64,000 bases of DNA from NCBI RefSeq assembly GCF_038025025.1, contig NW_027117343.1, forward strand, positions 930,001 through 994,000, written 5' to 3'. Within the stretch, counting starts at the first letter, position 1; every line of letters starts with the position of its first letter. The notes under the pieces were generated by a model that saw only the letters and a program-made list of their open reading frames with translations, was not told where the DNA came from and did not search any database. A program made the position numbers and the translations under genes. Below are positions 12,940 through 24,049 of this stretch, piece after piece. This stretch comes from Phyllosticta citribraziliensis. Lineage: Eukaryota.

Positions 12940-13383
12940 CACCCCGGATCACGTGCACCTCAGAATTCTTTTTCCAAAGACCAACCGTCCCATCTCTCAC
13001 CCGACGATCACACACCAGCACAAGTCAACCCCTACTTTACCCCGTGTCACGTGCAACTCAGGTTCTCCCCCTGATTCCACTGACCAACCGTCCCAACTCC
13101 TACCTGACGAGCACATGCCGGCACAAGTCAAACCCTGGCACCTCAGGTCTTGCCCCTTTCACTACCCAACCGTCCCATGTCTCACCCGACGAATCACCCA
13201 TCATCACATACCTCCCCCTTCTTTACCCCGTGTCACGTGCACCAAACGTTCTCCCCCTTTCGCCAACCAACCGTCCCATCTCTGACCCGACGAATCACCC
13301 AGCATCACTGACCTACCCCTTGTCTACCCCGTGTCACGTGGAGCTCACGTTCTCCCCTCCCGCTAACCAACCGTCCCATCTAG
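12940..13383 (+). repeat. Five-unit ~100-bp degenerate tandem array with TCACGTG E-boxes, upstream of the BTB-like gene
   Basis: ccaaccgtccca at 12981, 13084, 13166, 13267, 13367; TCACGTG at 12949, 13047, 13233, 13334; c[c/t]gacga 3' of the anchor in units 1-4. Confidence 0.92.
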
Positions 13384-13400
13384 ACCACCTGCATCCAACC

Positions 13401-14843
13401 ATGGCTGCTCCTTCGACCGCCAGTGTCTATCCTAATTTTAGCAACGGCGACGTCGACCTGGCTCTGAGCACTGCCCGTCGCCTGAGGCTCCACTCCGACG
13501 TCTTGCGTGGAGCATCCGACCGGTTCAAGGAGCTGTTGTGCAACGAGAACGCGGCCATCCTGTCCGCCAAAGCCCGCAAGAAGGGCGACGCCACACGCTT
13601 CCGCATCGAGCTCGTCAACGTCGGCGAGTTACACGAGATCGGAGACCTCGTTGCTCAGGTTTGTCTTCGCCCTGTGCTGGCAATCAGCTGAGTCGTCAGT
13701 CTTTACTAATTCCCGATGTAGAAGCTGGACGCAAACGGACGGATAATCTACGAAGACGGACCTCGAGTCTCCATGATCCTCGACCGCTTCGGTGCCGACC
13801 CCGACAACCACGTCCTCGAGGACTGGGAGAGTGTCATCGGCGCACTCTACGGCAGGCCGGTCAAGATTGGCGGCTCCCACCACTTCTGTGAGGTCTTGAC
13901 TAGGACTATGAACCTTGTCATGATTGCCGAGTACCTCCAGCTTGAGAACACCCACATCTTCACAGCGATCGAACTCGCGCTGGTCGAGACTCAGCAGGCG
14001 CTCTGGCGCTCCATTCAGGCGGGTCCCATGCGTTGGGTCGAACTGGCGCTCCGCATCAAGTCCGTCGCTGTGTTCAAGGAAGCAGCAACTCACTTAATTG
14101 GCACCTGGCACACAATCACCCCCCAGGAGAAGAACTCGTTGGAGCCAGAGGTCCACGAGCTATTCTCCCGCGAGGCAGCAAAGTTCGTCGAGCGCAAGAA
14201 GGCCGTGCAAAAGCAAATTTTGCAGTACAAGCCCAACGCACTTCAATACGTCAAGAACGTCGACCGCGTCAAGGGCAAACGCGAACACGATCCCCACATC
14301 TTTGTGTGGATCGGATTCTCTGGATTCCAGATGTGGCTCGCTCAGTACCTGGCCGAAGGCAATGGCGTGGATGGTCCGGACGGCGGATGGGGTTTTTTCA
14401 AGCTCCTCCACAATGGCGGTGAAGAATATTACACCCGTGAGGCCCAGGCCGACTACGCTGGCTGTTCTGGTCCTGGCCGCGCCATCGTCTCCAACAGCGT
14501 CCAGGAGATCAAGGAAGCGATGAAGGAGCTCGTCAAGGACGTCATGGTCAAGAATCTGCGCTTGGATGTTCATCAGAGTCCCGTCGAGTACTTCGCGTGC
14601 TTTGACATCGAACGCAAGCATTGCCCTTGGACGGACGAGGCCCTCACTCCAGAGCCGGCGGACGAGCCCTCACTCGGCGACAGCGAGAACGACGACTCGG
14701 ACTTGGAGGTCCTGGTTGCCGAGGACGACGACGAGGAGGATTCCACCGACATGGCACAGATGGACGGCACCAAGGAGGCTCCCTACAAGCGTACGCACGA
14801 GGAGTTTGTCGAAGACGACGATGACAGCCTTTTCGTGCAGTAG
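13401..14843 (+). CDS. Fungal BTB/POZ-like domain protein with acidic C-terminal tail
   Basis: ATG in caaccATG context; YPNFSNGDVDLALS...LRLHSDVLRGASDRFKELL is a BTB-like N-terminus; intron 13659-13721; AEYLQL and ALRIKSVAVFKEAATHLIG motifs typical of fungal BTB-like proteins. Confidence 0.75.
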
Positions 14844-15327
14844 CTCGACGACAAGATTCCCTTTGTTTGATTACAACACTGATGGCGACAAGGACCTAGG
14901 CGCCTTGTAAAGGATCGAAGGCCATGGCGCGAATAGTGCGCAATCAGATACGACCCCTGGAACAACGGCATGAAGGGACAAGCACAGCGTGGACAGAAAT
15001 GTACTGTGCCACCATCAGATACGACACCTTGAAGGATGAGTACGGAAACGAGCACATGAATGGATGATGTATCAGGATCATGGCCAGGGATTGGGTAGCA
15101 TAAGACAATAGCTTCGGCTTTCATGTAGTCTTATGCAGCAGAATACCAACTCCTGGACTCCACACTTCAAAAGCGGCATCTCTTGGTACGCTTCTAATCA
15201 TTGCATCGCTGAACCTGCTCTTCACTCTGCCGCGGGATATGTATCAGCCTGGTATATTTGGTCTCTTGCTCTCTCGGTCGCCTTCTTTGCGTCTCGAGTC
15301 GCATTGACCCAGAATCCACAGTCGATT

Positions 15328-15695
15328 TCACTCTTTGGGGTCATCGAAGCCCTCGGGGAACTTTCTCGGGCCCCTGGGAACTAAGACAAGGCATCGGGTC
15401 AGCTCACGCTTTGATCATCACGCCCGCAGATCCGCAGCTCCGTGTCGTCCCCGCCAGCTCTTCTTCTGTTTGGTATTGAGGATGGTGCTCCGGTCGTGGA
15501 GGACTCACTGGGGTAGTTGTGAGGAATCATGGGCCTGCCGGGCTCGTCGCCAAAGAATCTCCTGATTGGCGGCGCAGCAATGGGAATGATGGGAGCAGTG
15601 CCGCCCAGCACCAAAGACCAGGTAATGGCGGGCTTCTCGTGGAAGGCCCAGCGCATGTAGCGGACGGGCTCGGCCCAGAAGTAGGGCTTGGACAT
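15328..15695 (-). CDS. NADH:ubiquinone oxidoreductase 9.5 kDa subunit (NI9M/NDUFA3-like)
   Basis: MSKPYFWAEPVRYMRWAFHEKPAITWSLVLGG...PPIRRFFGD...IPHNYP, intron 15508-15381, then IPRGPRKFPEGFDDPKE*. Confidence 0.9.
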
Positions 15696-15962
15696 GGCGG
15701 GCAATTGGACGACGGAGGTCTGAAGTGAGTGGTCAAGGAGCCGCGATGGCGTGGGGAGCTCAATGGATGGTAGCGGAGCTTGGAGGTCGGTGCTGATTGA
15801 GATGTCGTTGATTGGAGAGGGCGGAGGAGGCCCGGCGGAGGTTGGATCTTCCGCCAGAGCTCGGGGAAGCTCGACGTCTTGGCGCGCGTTGCGTATGCAT
15901 CGCATCGGCTACGTTTCCCCTACAGCTCCACCGAACAACCCTCGCCATCCTCTGCCAGCACA

Positions 15963-17489
15963 ATGAGGTGGTTGTTTTCGATACTGTTACTTGCCTTGCT
16001 GGGCGTCGCCCATGCATTGAGCTACACTGGCAACCGTCTGCTGGTTGTCCTTGAAGAAGCCGGCGAGAAGGACAAGTATTCGACCTTTTGGGCCGACCTG
16101 ACCTGTAAATGCTCCCCGCGCATTCTTCCAGAGACTTGAACAGCTGCTGATTGTTTCGCGTTTGATGACAGCTCGCGGCTTCTCCCTTACCTTTTCCTCG
16201 CCCAAAGATGACAAGCTGTCGCTCTTCAGACATGGCGAGCGCGCCTACGACCATGTTATTCTGCTTCCGCCCAAGTCCAAGGGCCTCGGTCCTAACCTGA
16301 GCCCTCAAACGATTGTCGACTTCATCAACCGCGAAGGCAACATCCTCATGGCTCTGTCTGGCGAGTCTGCGACTCCGACTGCGATCCAATCGCTTCTTCT
16401 CGAATTCGACATTCACCTGTCGACTGACAGGAACTCGCTTGTTGTGGACCACTTCAACTACGACAAGGTCTCTGCGGCCGACAAGCACGATGTCCTCGTT
16501 CTCGACAGACCGCAAGAGTACAAGGAGGGCGTCAAGAGCTTCTTCGGTGGAAATGGTGTCGTCGCCGTCCCCCGCGCGGTTGGCCAGGTCCTAGGCAACG
16601 AGAACCCCATGTTGGCGCCGATTCTCCGCGCCCCGAGCACCGCTTATCCCTATAACCCGAAGGAGGAGGCTGAAGCGGTCGATGATCCGTTTGCTGTGGG
16701 CACGCAATTGACTCTTGTCACGGCGTTCCAAGCACGCAACTCTGCTAGATTCACCGTCCTTGGTAGCTCTGAATTGCTGCAAGACAAGTGGTTCGATGCG
16801 ACCGTCAAGCGTGGCGACAAGGAGGAGAAGGCGGCCAACAGGGAGTTCGCGAAGCAAATCACCGCATGGACTCTCAAGGAAACCGGCGTTCTGAAGGTTG
16901 GACGCCTCCAACACTGGTTGAACGAGGGCGCGGTCAAAGGTGGCATCAACGAGACCGGTCTTGATGTCCCTGAGCACAACCCCACGATTTACAGAATCAA
17001 GAACGACGTGGTAAGTCTTGCTCCGGATAAGATGCTTGGCTACAAACTGACCGCAAACAGGCCTTTGAAATTGAGCTTTCCGAGTGGAGCAACGACCACT
17101 TCGTCCCCTTCCACCCCGCCCCGTCCGACGTCGTCCAGCTGGAATTCAGCATGCTGTCGCCCTTCCAACGTCTTCCATTGAATGCCCTCGCGCCCTCGCC
17201 CACCCACCCCAACTCCACCATCTTCGCAACCGACTTCAAGCTCCCGGACCAACACGGCATCTTCAACTTCCGCGTCAACTTCAAGCGCCCCTTCCTGACC
17301 AACGTCGACGAGAAGAGGCAAGTGACTGTGAGGCACTTTGCGCACGACGAGTACGCGAGGTCGTGGGCGATTAGCGGTGCATGGCCCTGGATCGCAGGTA
17401 TCTGGGTCACTGTCGCCGGATGGGTGGTCTTTGTGGCACTTTGGTTGTACAGTGCCCCTGCTAGCGACAAGACCAAGAAGACGCAGTAA
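15963..17489 (+). CDS. WBP1: Oligosaccharyltransferase subunit Wbp1/OST48
   Basis: Signal peptide MRWLFSILLLALLGVAHA; FQARNSARFTVLGS; IYRIKND; FKLPDQHGIFNFRVNFKRPFLT; VRHFAHDEY; C-terminal TM plus KKTQ dilysine ER signal. Introns ~16105-16172 and ~17011-17060. Confidence 0.96.
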
Positions 17490-18162
17490 TCTCTGCCTCG
17501 AAGAAGACTGAACCTGTCGTCGCTAGAGTTTTTGGATGATATGTTTAGGTAGAGGATGAAAAGTAAAAAGTCATTTTGTCATCCTGGGGTCATGGCATTT
17601 GGGACTTGTGCACTGAACGAAAGGTGGCTCAGGAATTTCTCATCTTGCGGCGCTTACTTGTGTTGTAAAAAACTACAATTTCATGACACTCAGCCTTGTC
17701 CGGTGATTTGTGAACGCATGGGAGTCCCAAAAAATCTAGAGCTTCTGAAAATGGCCACTGGCCAGAGGCCGGAGGAAATGCCCCATCGACATCCATCCAC
17801 GTTCAAGATTTTGATGCTTCCTGAAACTCAATTAGATCCAAGCTGCCTGGCACATGAGTCTTCGCTGTGCACTCGGGTATCGTATACCCCTAATTCTGAG
17901 ACTGAATGGATCTTTTGAAAGGTAAAGTGGCACCCCTGAGTACCTGGATATGAACATGAGCCCCAGCCAGCGATGAATAGCGCGAGCCGACATTTGATAT
18001 TTCGGCTTCTAGTCCTTCATCTTTCAGCTTCATCCTCGACACTTGGTTATCTATCGGACTCTAGCCCTGACGTGCAAGATATTCACCAGCCGTTCAATCT
18101 TGACTTCATCCAGCAAAGCCCCCCTTTGATCCTTCAGACTCCGCTCTCGAAAAGGCCAAAGA

Positions 18163-18557
18163 CTAACCCCTCACTCTGAATCCCCATTCATCCCATTCTT
18201 TGGTGACCATCTCCAAGAACCACCGCTCGCTCCGACCTGCCCACGTTAGTCAACCAATCAAGTGATCGCCCAATCAAACAACTAACCAGTAACCTTCGCC
18301 CACGACACTCCAGCCACAACCTCCACTCCACTGCTCGCCCACGAAAAGCACACAGCGAAGACGGAGCCGGGCTGGCCGCCTGGCGCCGACTTCGCAGCCA
18401 AGCAGGGACACGCAGTCATGCAGCAAGCAGCCAAGGGTGGGGAAAAGGGAAGGAAGGGGTTGGTTGACTCGACTCGACTGGATGGGGTCGGGTCGGAGTA
18501 GGCCGTCCGTCGGGCGGGCGGATGTCGGATTTGTGATGGACGAGGGGCGGAGGACAT
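18163..18557 (-). other. Possible small spliced orphan gene or lncRNA
   Basis: CT-rich leader, cacatcATG at 18557, 50-nt GTTAGT...ACTAAC...CAG intron at 18286-18237 that removes the stop and extends the ORF to TAG at 18163. No recognisable domain. Confidence 0.3.
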
Positions 18558-19153
18558 GATGTGGTGACGAGATGATGAGCTGAGACGAGATGAGATTAGA
18601 CGTCAAGGCGTGCCCGTGGGGACGGCGTTGGAGGGTCGTTCGCTGGCCGTTGGCTGGCTGGCAGCCCCGGATGTTTTCACCACCTTCGCGAGCGGTGTGT
18701 TTGAACCGACTGACCAACGCACATGATCAAATCCACGGGCATTCGTCCAATCATCCCCAGAGTCACGTCATATGTTCGAGCAAACATGGCAAGTCCAATA
18801 TCAACCATCTCCATAAATCTAGCTAACCGGGCTACGTGACATAGGGAGAGAGAAAAGATTCATATCGTACAGCGTATGTATCGTATCTTGACAGTCGTAA
18901 AGAACTTTTCCCCGACAGATAAGAAAAGGCAAAGAAAAAGGAAAGAAACGTGTCGTGGCTCGAAAGGGGTATAAAAGAAAAACTACAGGCGCGTTAGATG
19001 CGGAAAACTCGGAACCGAGTGGACAATGATGACTTACAAAATAAGACTCCGATAGCGCCTCTGCGGGAACAACGCCTATGAGAAAAGACCAGGATGATTT
19101 GATGCCGTGGTCGGATGGTCGTAGGAAGCGATTGGTGACGTTCCCTCTTTCGC

Positions 19154-20197
19154 TCACTGCAAGTCAACCATGTGGTCAACCTCGTCAGGCGGAGTGAGCA
19201 GGCCGCCCTCGCCCATGACAGCGCCGAAGCCCTCCTGCCTGCCCTCGCCAAGCAAAAAGGTCATGACGATTTCGGCGACCCACTTTGCGTCGTCGTCGCG
19301 CTGGATCATGTCCTGGGCGTCGGCCATGAAGTCCGGGGACCAGTTCTCGCCAAAGACTTTGACCGTCTCCGAGTTGATGAAGCGGTCGAACTCGAAATGG
19401 CCCTGCAGCGTGAAGACGCGACCGGGCTGGTGCATTCCCTGGACATGGCACAGGGCACTGCTGCCAATCAAGACCCAGTCAGGCGGGAGCATCTCAGCGC
19501 CCACACCGCCGCCGCCACCGTAGCCGCCGGTGCGACGCTTCTTTTGCCGCAGCTGCTGCTTCTGACCCGGCAGCACGACGTGGTCGGCATGGACAAATTG
19601 CAGGCGCATAACCAGCTCGTCGGCCTTTCTGGCAGACGGCAGGTGGTGAACATCGACGGGGAACGCGGCGAGAAATTCGGTCGTGATGCGCACAGGCTGG
19701 ACTCCGACCTCCCATCCGGCGGGAGACTTTTCGACAAGGCCGCCAAAGGGCTCGAGGAGCGATTGGCACAGGATCTGGTGCCCGAAGCAGGAACCGTAGA
19801 AGCGGACGTGGGGGTGGTTGGCGTAGACGTGCTGGATGAAGACACGCAGGCGGTCGATCCAGGGTTGTGGCTCGTACACAGAGGATGCTTAATCAAGACA
19901 TGTCTGTTTAGTTTAGCTTTATGATTCTGAGCCGGGTTGGAACTTACCTGATCCCGAGATGACAATGGCGTCGAGTTCGGCGGGGTGGGAGGGGTATTCG
20001 CCTTGGACGACGTTGTAGGAGCTCCACTTGAGTGCAGGAACGGGAGTCTTGTGAGAGGAAGAGGCGGCAAGACGCTGGGCCGCGGCCGATAATTCATGCT
20101 GGAAGATGTCGCTGTAGAGACCGCGCTTGTTGTGCACAGCAGGCACCGTTGGGTCGGTGTTGAAGGCGGCAACGTTGAAGTTCCTCTGAGAGACCAT
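19154..20197 (-). CDS. Class I glutamine amidotransferase-like protein
   Basis: LDAIVISGS, intron 19947-19888, nucleophile elbow GSCFGHQ, GWEVG, QFVHADHV, catalytic QGHFEF (HxE). Confidence 0.92.
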
Positions 20198-21061
20198 GAT
20201 GAAGAAATGATATCAGACCGTGCTGAAACGAGGCGCTCGGGCAAACAGAGGAACAGCAGAAGGACGAAAGACAGAAAATGTGAAGAGAGGACTCTGGCTT
20301 TTGAACCCGTCGAAATTGCAAGCAGGAACTTGGTGGAGTAGTGTTTCCGCCGTTTAGTCCGACGCATCCTTCTCTTGCCATTACGAGACAATATCTCTAG
20401 TCTGGCCGAACATCGCACCTCGCCTCCGTCTTCTTCCGATGGCCTAGAGCTCCATCAACGGCACTCGTCCCTACCAATTTTGGGCTAAATGTCAGCTTCG
20501 GACACCTTTTGGTTGTCTCTGAGTATTTGTAAAGCCTACTATCTCGACGAGATCTGATAAACGACAAGATGCACCCATTCCCTGGCCTTTTGTGGTTCTT
20601 GATAGGGTCGGCTGGGGGCAAAAGTCCGGAGATCGGCCATATTGTGGGGCCCCAAAGTCCGACAACGGTTTGCTGTCTGTGTCTTTATTCGCCAGGGACG
20701 GTAGACGTGTCCAGATGTTCGTCATAGCTTTGGGTGGATCGTTGACGTACTTTGCAATTTGAAGAAGGTTACAGAAATGCAGCTCCTCTGAGTGGCGGTC
20801 AGCTCCGTGGCAATGAAGCACGGTCCCCGATTGAAAAGCTGTTGCCACAGAAAAGACTCTGAGAGTTTGTTGATGCTTTTCCCGAATCGGCAATAGCAAA
20901 GGTCCGTGACAGGGCTCGCCTCGCGGAGAGCGACAGGGATAAAAGAAAAAAGCAAGGGCAGAGAAAATCTCCTCTTTCATTGGACGACAAACTCGGACTT
21001 AGGGAGTGAAAGTAGGGGGATTGCTGTCCTAGCTCCACAGGCCTCCAGGAACGTCGACTTC

Positions 21062-21955
21062 TCATCGCTTGACTGTTCCAACTGTGCTTCCACCATCAAG
21101 AACGAGATTCTGACCAATGATATGACTACCAGCTCTGCTGGCGAGAAAGACGACGGTAGCAGCAAAGTCCTCAGGCTTGCCCAACCTACCATTCGGCTTG
21201 TTCTTACCCAGCGCATCCTCGCCACCGAGCCTCTCGATCATGTCTGCCGCCAGTTCGGTGTAGAAGAAACCCGGAGAGATTGCGTTGGTCAGAATGTTGC
21301 GCGGGCCCAGATCGACAGCCAGCTGTTTGACGAGGTGGATTGCTCCTGCCTTTGACACGCCATAGGGAATGGTACCCTCCTCGCCAGTCAAGGTGACCCC
21401 AACGCCACCGATTGAAGCGGTAACGAGGATTCGTGACGGGTCTGCAGCTGTCGCTTTCTTGGTCAGGAGGGGAAGGAATCTACGCTAGTCAGTTACCGTT
21501 GGCTGTTGAATTGGAGTAACGACGACTTACTTTTGCACGGAGAAGAAGATGCTCTTGAGGTTGAGGCCCAGCACCGGGTCCCACTTCTCCTCGGGATAAG
21601 AGTCGATGGAACCACCAAAAATCACCCCAGCATTCAAGAGCAAGATGTCGACATGGTCGGTCGTTTTGGCGATGGCATCGATGAGCTGCTGAATTCCTTC
21701 GACGGTCGACGAATCGGCCGGAACCGAAACAATCTGCGCGTCGGGGCGCTTGTTCGGCACCTTTGCAAGGGCATCGCATGCCTCTTGACAGCCCTTGGCA
21801 CTGCGGGAGGTGACATAGACTTTGGTTGCACCAGCTTGAAGAATGCCTGATGCAGCAGCAAGGCCAAGGCCTCGAGAGGCACCGGTAACGACGGCCGTCT
21901 TGCCCTCGAGGGAGAAGATGTTGTTAAAGTCTGGGAGGTTTGCCGCTGCAGTCAT
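21062..21955 (-). CDS. Short-chain dehydrogenase/reductase (RhlG / 3-oxoacyl-ACP reductase-like)
   Basis: FSLEGKTAVVTGASRGLG, NAG, intron 21530-21480, YGVSK (YxxxK), NAISPGFF, GRLGKPED, LDGG. Confidence 0.93.
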
Positions 21956-22525
21956 CTTCAAGGTTGCCGTGGGTTGTAAGTTGGATGATTGGTTCCGAGT
22001 CTGACAAAAGGTCGAAGATGGGTGAATGTCCGAGCAGATTGCTTCGAAACCAAGGGCAGTCGAGTTCAGCTTTATGGCAGCTGCAGTGGTGCTAAACTAT
22101 AGTGCATGTGTCTGTTGTGAGGTGACAGCATAGATGCACGGACTTAAGCCGTACCTCCGTACCTACCAACCGATGGTCCTGCCGTGGACACTTCCATTTG
22201 TATACCATGGAAGACCACCCTTTATGATGACATAATGACGGATCGGGCATCATAGACGTGCCGTTGTCCGAGATTTAACTCCAGTCTTTTGTTTGCGTGC
22301 TCAAAGATGGATGGGAAAGCCAAACGCCGGATTCATGTCCGGCATCTCTTCCTTGCTCTGTGCTGACGACTACACGCGGTGCATGGTTACCCAGCATGAT
22401 CTGGATATCAGCAGACATCGGCAACGCAGGATGAGGAATTTTGAAAAGGATGTATTAAAACAGCGGACGCGAGAGAGGTCTAATCTAAAACTCGTCAATT
22501 CATACAATCATCAGGATACAAGACA

Positions 22526-23471
22526 TTAGGCGGTGCCAGCGAGCAGCCGCTCCATTACTCCCTCAACACTGCCATTACCTCCACTAATCGACCTCTCAAC
22601 TTGCCGCTTGCGCGACTCTCCAAGTTCAGTTCGGTGTACCGCCTTTTCGACTTTCCCATCCTTGAAAATGGCGATTCGTGCTGTGCTGCCATCTTTCCAA
22701 GTAATGCCGATTTCTCTGGCAGAAGCATCCAGAGCTTTGACGTCAACGATGTCCAGCTCGCCGGCTTCATGTAAGGGGGAATTTTCGCCATCTTCCATGT
22801 TGGGTAGACGAGCGTCTTTGCGTATTTTGGAGACGGCGTGCAATCGCAAATGGTATGATACTAGTTCTTTTCGTAGCTCGCGAACGAGTGTGTGCAGACT
22901 CTGTACAGAGTCGGATTTCGACGAGCCCTGGTCTTCGGTCAAAGGCGCTGGCTGCGGTAGATGCTTTGCGCTTAGGGCTTTGAGCGGAATACAGGGCGGG
23001 ATTGTGTGTTTGTGGATGCGGAGGGCGTCGCTTGTAGGAGAAGGCTTGTGGAGGAGAAGATAATATGGATCAACAGGTTGTCCTTTGACATGGACATCTA
23101 TGCAGACTCCTAGGAGTTTCCCATTGTCCACGGCGCAGGGGTCAGGGTCTTGGACGCGAAAGGCGGTGATTCCAGCGCATCTGCGGTATAGGCTCTGTAG
23201 GTTGCGCTTTCTCTGTCTCTTGCACATATCCAAGGCACTCGAGGCTGGTGACGTTGGTGACTGATCGTTGGTTCTCGCGCGCTGTATGCGGTCGATGATG
23301 TGCTGGGAAGACAGGAGAGTTGCAGAGAGTGCGGAGCGGCGGCGTTCTAAAGCTTCAACTGGAAACGATGAGCGGGTGACCCACGCGACGAGATTAAGAA
23401 GAGCACCCACCCTGATGGCGCAAATAGCCAATATCGTTGTCGAGCTGCGAGTCGGGTACGACGGAAGTCAT
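22526..23471 (-). CDS. Kinetochore CENP-O/Mcm21 family protein
   Basis: caccATG at 23471 (MTSVVPDSQLDNDIGYLRHQ), intron 23410-23359, coiled coil, then LYRRCAGITAFRVQDPDP..DNGKLLGVCID, PYYLLL, LRIHKHTIPPCIPL, LVRELRKELVSYHLR, typical of fungal CENP-O. Confidence 0.85.
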
Positions 23472-23475
23472 GGTG

Positions 23476-23688
23476 CTAGTACAGCGACGCGGACACGAGG
23501 GACAGTGTGTCTGTGCGAAGAAAGTGGTGGAGGTTGTAGGCCCAGGCGCAGATGGACGACAGGAAGGAGAGCCAGGCGACGGCGGCGATGAGCAGCGAGG
23601 CCAGCGACGGGACTGGAGGTTGCTTGCGGTCGGGAGCTCGAAGCGCGTCGGAGTCGAGGTCAAAGGAAACGCGCAATCCCGTGCGCAT
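23476..23688 (-). CDS. Putative 70-aa single-pass membrane microprotein / uORF immediately upstream of CENP-O
   Basis: gccaagATG at 23688; hydrophobic segment SLASLLIAAVAWLSFLSSICAWAY; TAG at 23478-23476, 4 nt before the CENP-O ATG. Confidence 0.4.
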   Translation of the reverse strand: MRTGLRVSFDLDSDALRAPDRKQPPVPSLASLLIAAVAWLSFLSSICAWAYNLHHFLRTDTLSLVSASLY

Positions 23689-24049
23689 CTTGGCGACGGG
23701 CGGATTTGAGACCGAGGATGGATAGGCTCTGGGCGGCGCCGAACAAGGGGAGCACGTTCTCGCCGGCTTCAAAGGCAGAGCAGCTCCAAAGGGGGCGCGA
23801 GTCTTGAACAACACCAGACTCTTCAAACTGAGAGGCACAGACGAGAGGTCTTGTCAGAGACTGCCTTGCCTTGCTCCTGAATTGGGCCCTTCACCGCTCT
23901 CGCACTCGCTCGCCGACCTCAACGCCTCCTGCCCCTCCACTCTCAGCTCTCACTCGTCCGCCGGCGCGCCATAGTGGACACGTTCCGCTTTTGGCCACCA
24001 CCAGATCAAACAACACCAGCTTCACTTCGTTCCAACTATTGTTACATGG

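Noticed and set aside
12940..13383. CRISPR-like look of conserved blocks separated by variable sequence
   Set aside because: Eukaryotic context, no cas genes, and the intervening segments are homologous to one another, so it is a tandem duplication.
19468..20418. 316-aa same-strand ORF overlapping the amidotransferase gene
   Set aside because: GTG start, Ser/Pro/Thr-rich off-frame composition, and it reads through a 60-nt intron by chance.
22135..22165. acttaagcc motif reminiscent of dispersed fungal 5S rRNA
   Set aside because: Flanks do not match 5S sequence or structure.
23471..23478. Stop readthrough or A-to-I editing fusing the 70-aa ORF to CENP-O
   Set aside because: The 4-nt spacer puts CENP-O in a different frame.
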